This document shows, piece after piece, positions 38,878 to 53,409 of a DNA stretch of 64,000 bases. Below the pieces are notes generated by a model. That model was given only the letters and a program-made list of their open reading frames with translations, ran no database searches and was not told the DNA's origin. This stretch comes from Octopus sinensis (lineage: Eukaryota): positions 12,834,001 through 12,898,000 of the forward strand of contig NC_043014.1 in NCBI RefSeq assembly GCF_006345805.1. Direction: 5' to 3'. Numbering within the stretch: position 1 is the stretch's first letter; every line of letters begins with the position of its first letter. The position numbers and the translations under genes are program-made.

Positions 38878-41370
38878 GCAGCTGAACCCAGCAATATATA
38901 TATATATATATATATATTTGGGATACTCACCCATGAGGGACCAATGCTAGATAGGTTGAAACTGTAGTGATTAATAAAAACTCTTGTATCTTCCATCTCC
39001 CATCTGTCATTAGCCAAATACGTAACAAACATTATGAAAGTGACTATGCTTTACCAGTAAGCTACCAGGTGTAAACCATTCATTCATTATCTAATATATA
39101 TAAGGTGGTGAGCTGGTAGAAACATTAGCAAGCTGGGTGAAATGCTTAGCGGTATTTCGTATGTCTTTGCGTTCTGAGTTCAAATTCCACCAAGGTTGAT
39201 TTTGCCTTTCATCCTTTTGGGGTCAATAAATTAAGTACCAGTTGCATACTAGGGTTGATCTAATCGACTGGCTCCTGCCCCCAAAATTTTGGGCCTTGTG
39301 CCTAGAGTAGATAGAATATCTAACATATATATATGTGTTTTACTTTCTGCTTAACAAATCCTCTCACAAGGCCTTGTTTGGCCCAAAGTTATAATAGAAG
39401 ACACTTGCTCATGTGCCATGCAGTGGGACTGAACCTAGAACCAAGTTGTTAGAAAGCAAACCTCTTATCACACAGCCATGCCTGCACCTATTGTAAATTT
39501 TAATGTAATATATATGATGTTTTTTACCTATCAGTTATATCTATTATATATATACATACACACACACACATATAGGTGCAGGCATGGATGTGTGGTTTAG
39601 ATACTTACTTCCCAAACATGTGGTCTTGGGTTCAATCCTGCTGAGTGGCACCTTCTTGGGCAAGTGTCTCTCACTATAGATGCAGGACAACCTAAGCTTT
39701 AAGAGTGCATTTGGTAGACGGAAACTGAAAGAAGCCCATAGTATGCGTGTATGCATGCATGCACACATGTTCGTGTGTACTTGTGTACACATCACGTTCA
39801 TAAACCAAGCATTATTGTCATACAGGCAGGATTGCTTGTTTCCAGCCATCTGGTCATGGGAAAATATGCCATTGTTTAGAAACAGGTGAGAATTGGGGGT
39901 CAGGACGGGCATCCAGCCATAGAAAACCTGTTTTAACAAATTCCATCTGACCCACGCATACATGGAAAAGTAGATGTTAAATGATTAAGAAGACAATGTA
40001 TGTGGTTGCTTCTAAGTTTAAAAAGTCTGTCTGTCTTTCATAGTAATAAATAAAAAAAGAAAGAGATGAACTACAGTCAAATTTATTTACACAGATATTA
40101 ATTTTCAAAAAGGCCACAATCTTCAAAATTTTTTCTTATTTTCTGGTCTTTGGAGAAAAAGGTGAACAGAATTACAAAACAACAAAGTCAGCTAATTCAA
40201 TCCTTGTCCAAAGTTACCAAACAATCCACCGTCAGATAAATTTCAGTAAGCTCTCCTATCAACAGACTCTTGTTAACAGCAGAACGCAAAAGGATAAGGG
40301 AAATACTAAATGAGTGGTTCAAAAGCATTTTCATCCCTCCACTAGAACATAAAGAACTACTCCAGTGAAAGGAAACATTCTATGTGTGCATACACATTTG
40401 GGCATTGGGGACACCCTCTGTGTATGTATATATTTCTTTACAACCCACAAAGGGCTAAACACAGAGGGGACAAACAAGGACAGACAAAGGGATTAAGTCG
40501 ATTACATCGAACCCAGTGTGTAAATGGTACTTAATTTATCGACCCCGAAAGGATGAAAGGCAAAGTCGACCTCGGCGGAATTTTAACTTCGACCGTAACG
40601 ACAGACAAAATACGGCAACGCATTTCGCCCGCCGTGCTAACGTTTCTGCCAGCTCGCCCTCTGTGTATGTATATGTGTGTACACACATGCACACACCATC
40701 ACCATCATTTAAGATCTATTTTCTACACTGGCATGGATTGATAGAAGCTGGTAAACCAGAGGATGACACCAAGTCCCACTGTCTACTTTGGCTGTTTTTA
40801 CATACTATATATACATATATATATCATTGTTCAACACCTGTTTTCCCTGTAGGCATGGGTTGGCTAGTCAGTGAGCTGTCCAGATTCCAACTGCCTGTTG
40901 TGGCATGGTTTCTACGGCTGGATTCTTCTGAATGCCAACCACTTTACAGAGCATAGTGAGTGCTTTGTATGTGCCACCAGCACAAGAACGCTTACACAGC
41001 ACCAACACAGGTGCATTTTATGTGGCACCAGCACCTGTAAAGTACAAACCCGTATCTATGTATGATAGTGATTTTACTTAGTTTGATGCATCTTATCAAG
41101 TACAGCAAATCACCACATCTCTCAGTCCCTTGTCATTTCTTCAGTGAGGTATAGTGTCCGAAGATCCTTTCTCACCACTTTGTTCCAGGTCTTCCTAAGT
41201 CTACCCCTTCCACAGATTCCCTCCACAATTAAAGATTGGCACTTTTTTATGCAGTTGTCTTCAAATTTGCATTTATTTATATATATATGGTTTAAACAGA
41301 AGCTAGCAAGCCACAAGAAAGCATTAAGCCCCAGCAACAACTTTGGTATGGTTTCTGCATGATATATGTG

Positions 41371-41407
<37 letters not shown>

Positions 41408-41609
41408 ATCATCTTGATCACCTTGACCACCTTGACTGACCAGTCCGTCGGGCGTCCATTTGACACCGCTGGTCACAGCACACTGTCCACTCCTCTCTGG
41501 ATAGCGCCTTTCTCATATATATATATATATATACACACACACACGAAATAAACCACTATACTTGGCATTCACTAAAATAGAGAAAACCTTCAATACGGTT
41601 CCTCACTCC

Positions 41610-42420
41610 CTAGCCTGGTGGTCACTGTGGAAACTAAGCATAGATGTAAGGCTGGTGATAGCCATTCAAACCATGTACAGGTATGCTGTAAGTAAGGTGA
41701 AAGTTAGCAATGAGTAAAGCAATGAATTTAGCATGCAGGTAAGAGTTCAGTTAACACTCCCTTCCTATTAATCATTGTCCTCTAGGCCATAACAGAGGAA
41801 TTGGTTGCCCATGGGAACTCCTCTATGCTGATGGCCTTGTTCTTATAGCTGAAAATGTAGTAGAATTAGAAATAAAATTCCAAGGGTAGAAGCAAAACCT
41901 GGACTCAATGGGGGTCAGGAAGGGCATCCAGCCATAGAAAATTCGTTTTACCAAATTCCATCCGACCCATGCAAACATGGAAAAGTAGATGTTAAATGAT
42001 TATGAAATTAACTTAGCAAAGACTAAAGTTCTAGTTAGCAGGGAAATAGACAGGATGATAATTCCATCAGGCATATGGCCTTGTTCAATATGTAGAAATG
42101 GGTAGGGATTCCATACAGTGTACTCAGTGCAAACAAGGGGTGCAGTGGAATAACAGGAAGGTTTACAGAAAAATTGACTTTGCTTATGGCAGATGCATAG
42201 GTGCAATAAACACAAAGATCACATGGAAAATAGATTTTCTGGAATGCCCAGGAGGGTCTCTAGCAGGAATAGGTAGTTTCTTTTACTTAGGTGACCTTAA
42301 TTAGCAATGGAGGAGGATGCTCTGAAAGTATAGCTGCTAGAATAAAACTATGGAGAACGTTCAGGGAAATATGGCTTATGTCGGTAACAAAAGGCTTCCT
42401 CTCAGAGTGAAAGGCAGATT
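41610..42420 (+). pseudogene. RTE LINE RT fragment with a small LINE-tail insert at about 41900-42000
   Basis: CPWELLYADGLVLIAEN; NLAKTKVL; YLGDL. Confidence 0.7.
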
Positions 42421-42511
42421 GTATGATGCTTGTGTACAAACATCATCATCACCGTCGTCTAACATCCAGTCTCCATGCTGGCATGAATTGGACAGTTTAA
42501 CATGAAGCTGG

Positions 42512-42750
42512 CTAGCAAGGGAGCTGTCCAGACTCCAACTCTCTGTTGTGGCATGATTCCTATGGTTGGATGCCCTTCCTAATGCCAACCACTAGCAGGG
42601 AACTGTCCAGACTCCAGCTGCCTGTTGTGGCATGGTTTCTATGGCTGGATGCCCTTCCTGGTGCCAACCACTAGCAGGGAACTGTCCAGACTTCAACTGC
42701 CTGTTGTGGCATGGTTTCTATGGCTGGATGCCCTTCCTAATGCCAACCAC
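42512..42750. repeat. Three tandem copies (79-80 bp) of a family C internal segment
   Basis: Units start at 42512, 42592 and 42671. A similar degenerate array of about four 100-bp units lies at 50390-50760. Confidence 0.75.
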
Positions 42751-43864
42751 TTGACAGAGTGTGCTGGGTGCTTTTTCATGTACCACCAGCACAGCACCAA
42801 CATGGGTGCTTTTTAAGTGGCACTGGCACCTGAAGGGACAAGCATGCATGTATAATGCTAAATGGTTGTGAAACTTGGGCTGTGAATGCAGAGGACACAT
42901 GAAGAGAAAGAGATGAAGCTAGCTTTCTCCAATGGATGTGTAACATCAAAGAGTATGTACAACAAAGTACAAATGTATCAAGATAAATTGTATCCCCACT
43001 ACTGTCCCTTATGACCTCCTCCTCCCCTCCACCTTAACTTACTCCTATTTCCTTCTTTCACTTCCTTACCCCCAAACTCATATTCAATGCATCCAAATCC
43101 CTGCCAGCAGAGAAAAAAGGAAGTTAAATGATGAGATTTGTACATAGACATACACACATGTAAATACATATATAAATATACATACACCCACACACACATA
43201 ACTGGCATTCACTGACACTGTCAGTTACGACAGATTATAAATACTTTTGTATGTATGTGTGTGTGTGTATATATATATATATTTGTACATATATATATAT
43301 ATATTCGTACAATAAATATATAAATACACACACATATGTATGTATGTATATATATATATATATAAGCCTCGCCTGGCCCCCGTGCCGGTGGCACGTAAAA
43401 GCACCATCCAAACGTGGCCGTTGCCAGCCTCGCCTGGCCCCCCGTGCCGGTGGCACGTAAAAAGCACTATCCGATTGTGGCCGTTGCCAGCCTCGCCTGG
43501 CCCCCATGCCGGTGGCACGTAAAAAGCACCAGCCGTCCGTGGCCGTTTGCCAGCTCCGTCTGGCACCTGTGCGGGTGGCACATAAAAAGCCGCCACTACA
43601 CTCACGGAGTGGTTGGCGTTAGGAAGGGCATCCAGCCGTAGAAACACTGCCAGATCAGACTGGGCCTGATGCAGCCTTCTGGCTTCACAGACCCCAGTTG
43701 AACCGTCCAACCCATGCTAGCATGGAAAGCGGACGCTAAACGATGATGATATATACATACACATATAATGTCCTACCCATGCCAGCATGGAAGGTAGACG
43801 TTAAACAATGATAATGATGATATATATATGTATTTATGTATATGCACGCTCATACACATACATG

Positions 43865-44830
43865 AAAGTTATAGAATGATTTGTAGCTCAAGCAACTAGG
43901 AAGAGAATTAACCTTGTTGAGATGCAGTTTGGTTTCGTGCCAGGGAGAAGCACTACTGATGCTATCTTCCTAGTAAGCCAACTGCAGGAAAAGCACTTAA
44001 CCAAGAATCAACTGCTGTACTTGGCATTCACTGTCATGGAGAAAGTCTTTGACAGGATCCCTCACTCCCTCATCTGGTTACTGCAGAAGCCAGGGGTAGA
44101 TAGATAAGTGGCTCTAAGCTGTGTACGGATATGTCGTCAGTAAAAGTTAGCAATGAGTATAGCAGTGAATTTAGTGTGTAGGTAGGAGTTCATCAGGAAT
44201 TAGTTATCAATCCCTATTTTGTTTATCATGGTCCTCCAGGCCTCCTTGTTCTAATAGTTAAATTTAAAATTGAATTAGCAAAGAAATTTTAGGTGTGGAA
44301 GCAAGGCTTGAAATTGAAGGGCCTTAGAGTTAATTTAGCAAAGACTAAAGTACTAGTAAGCAGAAAAGTTAATAAGTCATTTATCTCTTCAGGGAAATGA
44401 CCCTGCTCGATGTGTAGAAAAGGTGTTGGGAGAAATGCCATTTGGTGTATCCAGTTCAAGCTATGGACACATTGGAATCACAGGAAGGTTGAAAGAGAAA
44501 GTAGTCCTTAAGTGTGGAAGATGTGCAAGAGCAGTAAGCACCAAGAAATGCAGTAAATATATTTCCTCAAATGCTCAAGGGGATCCTTAGGTGTAGAAGC
44601 TAGTTTCTGTTACCTAGGTGACCAAATTAGCAGTAGAGGGGAATGCTCTAAAAGTGTAAGTGCTAGAATAAGAACTAGCTGGCAAAGTTCAGAGAGCTAT
44701 TACTTCTGTTGGTAACAAAGGGCCTCTCCCTCAGAATAAAAGGTATGATGTTTGTGTATAAACAGCTATGCTACATAGTAGTAAAACATGGGGTGTGAAA
44801 GCTGAGGACACGTGAAGAAGCTAACAAGCC
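43865..44830 (+). pseudogene. RTE-clade LINE reverse transcriptase fragment
   Basis: MQFGFVPGRSTTDAIFLVSQLQEKHL...LAF..EKVFDRIPHSLIW; downstream RT/thumb remnants; many stops. Confidence 0.8.
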
Positions 44831-44989
44831 CCACTGGAGGTGCGATGTCAGTATGCATGTGCAACAAAGTGTAAATGTGTCCAGAGGAAAACTGGATACA
44901 AGAAGCATCAGAGAAACCTGTGCTTATATGGTTATATGGGCCCTCTGTCATCTGCTCTGTACAGCCCAGCTTTTTGAGATCGGCATTCA

Positions 44990-46800
44990 AGTCTTTGTCT
45001 CATGTCTTCCTGGGTTTCCCTCTTTCAGAAGTTCCATCCACTGTAAGTGAACAGCAATTCTTAATGCAACTGTCCTCAGCCATATGCATCACATGACCAA
45101 ACCAGTGCAGTCTTCTCTTTTGCACACTACACCTGATTCCTCCTATGCCTAACTTTTCTCTCAATACATCTGCACACCCAGCAGAGCACACAAGCTGCAT
45201 TCCTCTCTAGTCTATGCATGTTCTCTGCATTCAAAACCCACATCTCTCTACCATGTAGCATTGCTGTACATACACAAGTATCATACAATCTGCCCTTACT
45301 TTGGAAAGAGAGGGGGGGAGGGAGAGAGAGAGATTTTGTTGTCAACAGAGGTAACAGCTCTCTGAACTTTCTCCATCCTATTCCTATTCTAGCAACTACA
45401 CTTTCAGAGCATCCTCCTCTGCTGCTAATTATGTCGCCTAGGTAACCTCTAGGGAGCGTCCACAGCATTTGAGAGAATTAATTTCCTATGATAACTTGGA
45501 CTTTATGGCACCCATGCATCTTCCCATACAAAAACTACCTTCTCTGTTAACTTTTCCTGTAATTCCACTGTACCTTGTGTGTCCCTACTCTGCACAGGGT
45601 ACACTGCATGGAATTTCTGCCTACACCTTATATATCAAGTAAAGCCATTTAACCAAAGTGGGTAGGTCCTATCTTGTTTTCTTACTAGAACCTTGGTCTT
45701 TGCTAAGTTAACTTTAAGATTCTTTGATTGGAAGTTTTGCTTCCACTCTTGGAATTTTTTTTCTAATTCTGTTACAGATTCCACTATGACAGCATACAAT
45801 AGTTCCCGGGGGGCAACTCTTGGAATTTTTTTTTCTAATTCTGTTAAAAATTCCACTATGACAGCATACAATAGTTCCCAGGAGGCAACCCTTGGAATTT
45901 CTTTTCTAATTCTGTTACAGATTCCACTATGACAGCATACAATAGTTCCCAGGGGGCAACTGGTCTTAAATTTCTCTATTATGACCTGGAGGACAATGAT
46001 GAATAGGAGGGGACTGAGATCTGAGCACTGGTGAATGCCTACCTGCAAACTAAATTCATTACTGTACAGCTTTCACAAGCCGTTCATCTATCCCTAGCTT
46101 CATCAGAGACTACCATATCACAGAGTGAAAGATTCTGTCAAAGGCTTTCTCCAAGTCAATAAATGCCAAGTATAACAGTTTGCTATTAACTAAATACTTC
46201 TGCAGTCAGCTAAGAATATAGAATCAGTAGTGTTTCTTGCAGGCACAGAACCAAACTGCAGCTTATCAATTCTAATTCTGTTTCTAATTAATTTGGCTAT
46301 AATTCTTTCCGTAACTTTCATGTCCTGGTCCAGCAATGATACCTCAGTAATTACTTCTATCAAAGACATCCATTTTACGTTTGTAGTAGCTAACTATAAT
46401 GTAGCTGTACCAGTCATTGGGGATGATACCTTCCTGAATAACCTGATTAAAACTATACAGGTGACCAGACTGCATCCTACTCTGCCAGATATCTGAAGCA
46501 TCTCAGTTGTAATTCCCAATAGACCAGGAGCTTTCCCTGACTTCATATCCTGAATTACCTTATCCATCATACTGCTGTCAGCTAGGATAGTTTGTCCTTC
46601 TGTTGGGTTCATATTGGGAAGACTCCCTTTCTCCCACATTTCCCACATTCAATAATTTTCCACAGGAGCACTTCCATGCCTCTTTCTTTTCAGAATCATC
46701 AAACACAAGCATACCATTATCCATCCATATACACTTCTCACCCACATCAACTTTGAAAGATAGTTATTATCTAGTGGGCAGCTCCCACGAGTTCTGAAGC
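44990..46800 (-). pseudogene. RTE-clade LINE ORF fragment, inverted relative to 43865-44830
   Basis: MKSGKAPG..GIT.EML; QVGIHQ.S.LSPLLFIIVL; ELLYA; YLGDIISSRGGCSES..ARI..GW.KFRELLP; RRLHWFGHV..M. Confidence 0.85.
45749..45960. repeat. Three tandem copies of a 69-72-bp unit covering the RT active-site region
   Basis: Units start at about 45749, 45820 and 45892; each reads ELLYA-VIVES on the minus strand. Confidence 0.85.
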
Positions 46801-48889
46801 TGCATGATCTATGATGGCCAGCTGTTTGCTCCTCTTTTCCACTCAGCTTAGCAGTATTACAATCTCTGCTATAACAGCCAAAATTCTAACAATATAGTTC
46901 CTATCAAATATTTAATATATTATGTCCTGGTGGGAAATGATGATCTGTTAAACTAAGGAAGTCCCTAGCTGTATTAGATCTAACTGTTGTAATATAATCA
47001 TCATCATTGTTTAATGTCCATATTCAATGCTGGCATGTGTTTGACGGTGTGAGAGAAACTAATGGGTCTGAGGACTGCATCAGGTTCCTAATGCCAACCA
47101 TTTTAGAACATGTACTTGGTGTTTACTCTTTTACTTGTTTCAGTCATTTGACAGCGGCCATGATGGAGCACCGCCTTTAATCGAGCAACTCAACCCCGGG
47201 ACTTATTCTTTTGTAAGCCCAGTACTTATTCTATCGGTCTCTTTTGCCAAACCGCTAAGTGACGGGGACGTAAACACACCGGCATCGGTTGTCAAGCAAT
47301 GCTAGGGGGACAAACACAGACACACACACGCACATATATATACATATATACGATGAGTTTCTCTCAGTTTCCGTCTACCAAATCCACTCACAAGGCTTTG
47401 GTAGGCCCGAGGCTATAGTAGAAGACACTTGCCCAAGGTGCCACGCAGTGGGACTGAACCTGGAACCATGTGGTTGGTAAACAAGCTACTTACCACACAG
47501 CCACTCCTGCGCCTTTGTTTGTTTGTTCTTTTGTTTTTTTTTTGTATGGCACCAACTCTAGTAAGGCCACCATATGAGTTGCAAGACTAAGATCCCTTCT
47601 GATTGTATGCATCTACAGTAGAAAGGGAGCAGCTCTATAATAGGAGTTGAGGGGTTAAACTATGTGAGAAGGCACAAGAACAGGAAAGGTTTCTTGCAGT
47701 AGAAGAGCTACATGGCTACTCGCATTACAGAAGAGAAAGAGAGGGAGTGATAGGGATGAAGCTAGAAAGAAATAATAGTGATGAGGTTTCAGGATCGATC
47801 CCTGAGGTACAAGGTGGATAGAAGTGAGTGGGGACAGAATAGAGCATGGGTGGGAGAGTGGGGTTGCAAGAGTGCATGAGAAAAGTGGGCTGGAGATAGC
47901 ATACACGTGGCTTAGTGCCAGATGTTGGACTCCTGATCCTAAGATTGTGGTTTTGATTCCTGGACCAGGCGACGTGTTGCATTCTTGAGCAAAACACTTC
48001 ACTTCATATTGCTCCAGTCCACTCAGCTGGCAAAAATAGATAATCTCGCAAAGGACTGGCATCCTGTCCAGGTGGGGAATATATATGCCATGAAACTGGG
48101 AAACCGGCCCTTATGTGTTGGTATGACACAAGAAGATAACTTTACCTTTGCCTTTTTTAACATGTGGACCTCCCAATATTGATTTTGTTGAGATGAGCAG
48201 TTCTTCTCAAGAACTGCATATCAACAGTCATCCTGGTCCTTTATCATCTCCTTTGCAAGTTCCATTGCCCCGAGAATAGTCCTCACCACTTTGTCCCATG
48301 TCCTCCCTCTTCTGCAAGTTCCTTTCACATTAAGTGATTAGTACTGCTTTATAAAGCTATCTTCATCCATACAGCTCACATGTCCATACCGGCACAGTTT
48401 TCTTTCTTGCACACTACTCTGATTCCTCTTAATGCCCAGTTTTTCTCTCAAAACATTTTTGCTGTCTTTCATGCACACCTGCATTACAAATCTGATGAAG
48501 CATTGCTAGCTTTATTTCTTTCCATCCTTTTTGAGTCCTCGGCATTCTCACTACCATTCAGCATTGAAATTCTAACACAAGTGTCATACACTATCTTTCA
48601 TCATCTTCATCATCGTTTAACGTCTGTTTTCCGTGCTAGCACAGGCTGGACGGTTCGACCGGGGTCTGGGAAGCCAGGAGGCTGCACCAGGCTCCAATCT
48701 GATCTGGCAGTAATTCTATAGCTGGATGCCCTTCCTAATGCCAACCACTCTGTGAGTGTAGTGAGTGTTTTCCATGCTGGCATGGGTTGCACTGTGTGAC
48801 AGGACCCAGTGAACCCCAGGGCTGTCATGCTCCTACTTGCTGCAGTAGTAGCGACCTGAACTTTTTCCAACCTCTTCTTACTCAGGCAA

Positions 48890-49370
48890 CTATACTTTCA
48901 GAGCAACCATCCCCTTTGCTTATTAAATCTCTTAGGTAACAACAGCTACAGGCTACTTCTAGTAAGCCATTTAGCCATTTAAGAAAATCCATTTCCAATG
49001 TGCTCCAGGGCATCTGTCATATATGAAGCTTACTTTCTATTGGTCTTACTATGCTTCTATTATACATCTTGTCTCCATGGTTTATATTGGGTACAGCAAA
49101 TAGAGTTCAGACCTATTCCTTGTCTGTACACAGAACAAAGCAATTTCCATGATGATACCATGCTCCTTTCTTTTTCTCTTAATAAAATCTTAGTCTTTGC
49201 CAATTTTACCTTGAGGTCTCTTGATTCTAGGTTTACTTCCATGCCTGAAATTTCTTGTCTATTTCCACAATAGATTCAGCCATGAAAACTAGACCATCAG
49301 TATGTAAGAGTTCCCATGTGAGGGGCTGTAGAATTATAATGAATAGAGGACTGAGGACAAAGATTAAGTG
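48890..49370 (-). pseudogene. RTE LINE RT fragment
   Basis: LSPLFIIILQ..TWELLHTDGLVFMAES; LESRDLKVKLAKTKIL. Confidence 0.65.
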
Positions 49371-49754
49371 GTTATACACACATATAATGCATATATACAT
49401 GCATTTACATACACACATAGACATACATATACATGGCACAGGCATGGCTACGTGATTGAGAAGCTTGCTTCCAAACCATGTGGTCTCAGGTTCAGTCCCA
49501 CAGTGCAGCACCATGGCCAGGTGTCTTCTACCTGGCTGACCATAGCCTGGAGTAGATTTGGAAGATGGAAACTAAAAAAAGCATGTTGTGTGAGCATGTA
49601 TGCATGCATGTATATATTTATCTATGCATGATGGCTATAAATGAGCATCCCTGTCATACAAGTGAAGTCATCCGTTTCCAGTCTTCCTTGGAAAATATGT
49701 CCCTTCATAGGAAATATTATCATGCGTAGGAGTGGAGTTTGGTAAGTTTATAGA

Positions 49755-50185
49755 CGTAGGAGTGGCTGTTTGGTAAGTAGCTTGCTAACCAACCACATGG
49801 TTCCGGGTTCAGTCCCACTGCGTGGCATCTTGGGCACGTGTCTTCTGCTATAGCCCCGGGCCGACCAATGCCTTGTGAGTGGATTTGGGAGACGGAAACT
49901 GAAAGAAGCCTGTCGTATATATGTATATATATATATATGTGTGTGTGAATATGTTTGTGTGTCTGTGTTTGTTCCCCTAGCATTGCTTGACAACCGATGC
50001 TGGTGTGTTTACGTCCCCGTAACTTAGCGGTTCGGCAAAAGAGACCGATAGAATAAGTACTGGGCTTACAAAGAATAAGTCCCGGGGTCGATTTGATCGA
50101 CTAAAGGCGGTGCTCCAGCATGGCCGCAGTCAAATGACTGAAACAAGTAAAAAGAGTAAAAAAGAGTAAAAAGAGTAAAAGAGTA
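49755..50185 (+). mobile_element. SINE family A, young near-intact copy
   Basis: Retains CpGs; tandem AAAAGAGTA tail. Confidence 0.85.
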
Positions 50186-53100
50186 TGCCTGGAAACAGGT
50201 GAGATCTGACAACAGAAATGGCATCTGGCCATAGAAAATCAGCCTCAATGAATTTTGTCTGACCCATGCAAGCATTAAAAATTAAATGCTAAATGTTGAT
50301 GATGATACATACATATGCATGCCATCATTTCAGTATCCATTTTCCGTGCCGGCAAGGGTTGGATGGTTTGACATGAATTGGTAAAGCTTAGGACAGTGCC
50401 AACCTCCACTGTCTGTTTTGGCATAGTTTTACAGCTGGATGCCCTTGCTAACAACAACCACTTCACAGAATGAATTGGGTTCATTTATGTGGCACCAGCA
50501 CTGGCAGAGTCAGCTTTGGTGTGATTGTACAGCTGGATAACCTTCCTAACACCAACCACTTCACAAGATGGACTGGTTTCATTTCATGTGACCCCAGCAC
50601 CGGCAGGATCTGCTTTGGTATGGTTTTACAGCTGGATGCTTTTCCTAACTTTAGAGAATAGACTGGGTGCTTTTTATGTGGCACCAGTGCCGGCAAGGTC
50701 TACTTGGGCATGGTTTTACAACTGGATACACTCCTAACACCAACCACTTTACAGAGAGTGGACCGGGTACCTTTTAAGTGGAAGCAGTACCAGCGAGGTC
50801 AACATAATTTGCAAGACAAAGGTCCCTCAACAGAGAGAGGGTGTGGTATTGAAGGAGGTGGCTTTGTGCCAGGTGATGGAAAGTTAGAGTATGAGACAGA
50901 GACATATCTTGCTGTAAAGGAGATAACCAATTACCCCAGTTGGAGAGATGGAAGGAGAGGGAGTGCGAGAGATGGCAATATGCCAGGGCATGTTCTCAAG
51001 GTACAAGGCTGTGAATATAAATGGAATGGTAGAGGAATGCACAAGGTGCATGAGTAGGGAATTCACAAAGGTGCAAAAGGAGGAGAAGGGAAGGAAAGGG
51101 GAGAATGCAATGAGTGGTGAAACACGGGTATCTGGGGGAGTTGAGTGATGTTGGGCTGCAGGATTGGGGAGGGAAAGATAAGCAAAATACATGAAAAAGA
51201 GATGTAGTTTGGTTGATTGGGGGTAAGGTGTGTGAATCAATATTACCTGTGAGTGAAATACACAGTGCCTCCAGAACTCAGTTCTGCTGAGGTGGGTGGA
51301 CCTTCTCAAGAACCTCATTTCACCAGACATCTCTGTCCATTGTCATTTCTACCGTGAGGCCACACATATATACATATATATATACACACACACATAAATT
51401 TAGACATAGGGTAGACATGATCTTGTGGGAGTTCGCTTCATAAACCCACGTTTCCTGGTTCAATTCCATTACATCGTACACCGGGTAGGTGTCTAGTTCG
51501 ACAACACGCTATCCACAGCCTTGCGAGTGGATTTAGTCAGAAGCCTCCCCCACACACACACACAAACATACATATATATGGCGATCTTATGCCACACACA
51601 CACACCTTGAATATCGGTGTTTTTCTTGCCTTGACATTGCACGATAGCTGTAAACTATACGTGGTATAGTTTGTTCCTAATCTTTCGTGAGCAAAAAAAA
51701 ATATCTTGCTTGGAATCAAGTGAGGGTTAGAGACAGGAAGGGCATCTGGCCGTAGAAAAGTATATTCAACGAATTCTATTTCGCCCATGTAAGCATGGAA
51801 AAGCAGCCGTTAAAAACGATGATGAAACAAGTGTATGCATATATATATATATACATATATACACACACGCGCGCATATGTATACATACACATACAACTAT
51901 ACGTATTTATATACACATATATAACTATACTTACATCCAAACACACACACACACACACATACATATATATAAATAACACTGAAGCAAAGTAACACTATAT
52001 ATATATATATATATATGGTGGAAGGAAGCTTCCATTACGGGAATTTTCATTGTACGTATTTCCTATATGTTTTTTTTTTATTGATTTATTTTATTCGGAA
52101 AATCTAGTGAAACATCTGAAAAAATACCGAGAATTTTATTTCAATATTATAGATATTTACAATATAATATTCATTGCCTTCTTAACGCATTATATATTTG
52201 TGCGGCGTGTGTGTGTGTGTATAATAAGTACGTTACACAAGAGAGAACCTCACCATACGTATTGAGTATAATTTACAGTACGTAAAAAATTTACATCACA
52301 GTTAAATTTAGATGTAATAAAATACGTGTAGAAGAAAAAAAACACCGAAAAAAGCCTTCTGTTCACACAAAATAATCTACAATGTGAACTGATCGTTGAA
52401 TCGATTTAGGTTTGATTAAATAGCTGATTTTATATTTTTTCTGCTCCAAAATATTTCGGAAATTCTGATTCTGCTTGTCAAGCTCTCAAGCATCCAAAAT
52501 GCCTGCGAATTTGTTTCTTGACAAATTTGCTATTTTAAAAGAAAAAGTTTAATCACACACACCATTAAGTAGTGTTTTGTCCATCAACTTAATTGCACAA
52601 ATTAAATAAATTTTCTTGTAAAATGCACAGAATTTCTTTGGTGATTTTAATTACTTTCATTAAAAAATTTTTTTTTTTTACAAGCCCCATAAATATTCGT
52701 TACAAATGCATTGCTCTAATAACTAGCCTTATTGTATAAGATATCACAGGGGACAGCTTCGTAAATAGAATAGAAATATTTTTAAAACTTTGTTAATACT
52801 TATTTCTGTTGTAGTACATGCGATTGCTCTTCTTTATATATAAATATATATATATAGATATATATATATATATATATCAAATATATATCAACCTATTTAT
52901 GGCCTTCATGCAAAAACCTTTTATATTTTTTTCATTATCTAATCGGGCATTTATTTGATTTCGTTCACTTCACTATTTTCAATGCCAAGGGCTCGACAGA
53001 TGTCCTTAATTCTTTATTAATTAATTAATGCATCGGTTTGCATAATGGCATTAATATATTTTGGGGAAATTTATATATAGATTATCTTATGAATAAAACT

Positions 53101-53409
53101 GCACAGTAATAAAAATTTATACGAGGAAAACAGGCTTTAGAGATGTATCTTCTTTCAGTTATGATTAAATATGGCCAAAAAGAGGGAGAGAGACAGTTTG
53201 GTGGAAAACATACCATTCATTCTTGTTAACAAGACAACTACTTTCAATGAGAAAGGAAACATACCTCGCTGTGTAATCCTCACACAGGAGACATTTGATA
53301 CGGGAAAATATGAAAAACACGGGCATTTATAAGAGAATCAAGCATCGGTAAACAAACAAACGAGAAAAAAAGACATCGGATGATAAAATGATAAACATAA
53401 ACGACTTAC

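Noticed and set aside
43365-43540. Regular repeats of about 50 bp that superficially look CRISPR-like (also 58880-59170)
   Set aside because: The inter-repeat sequences are themselves homologous, the context is eukaryotic, and there are no cas genes; these are tandem units of repeat family C.
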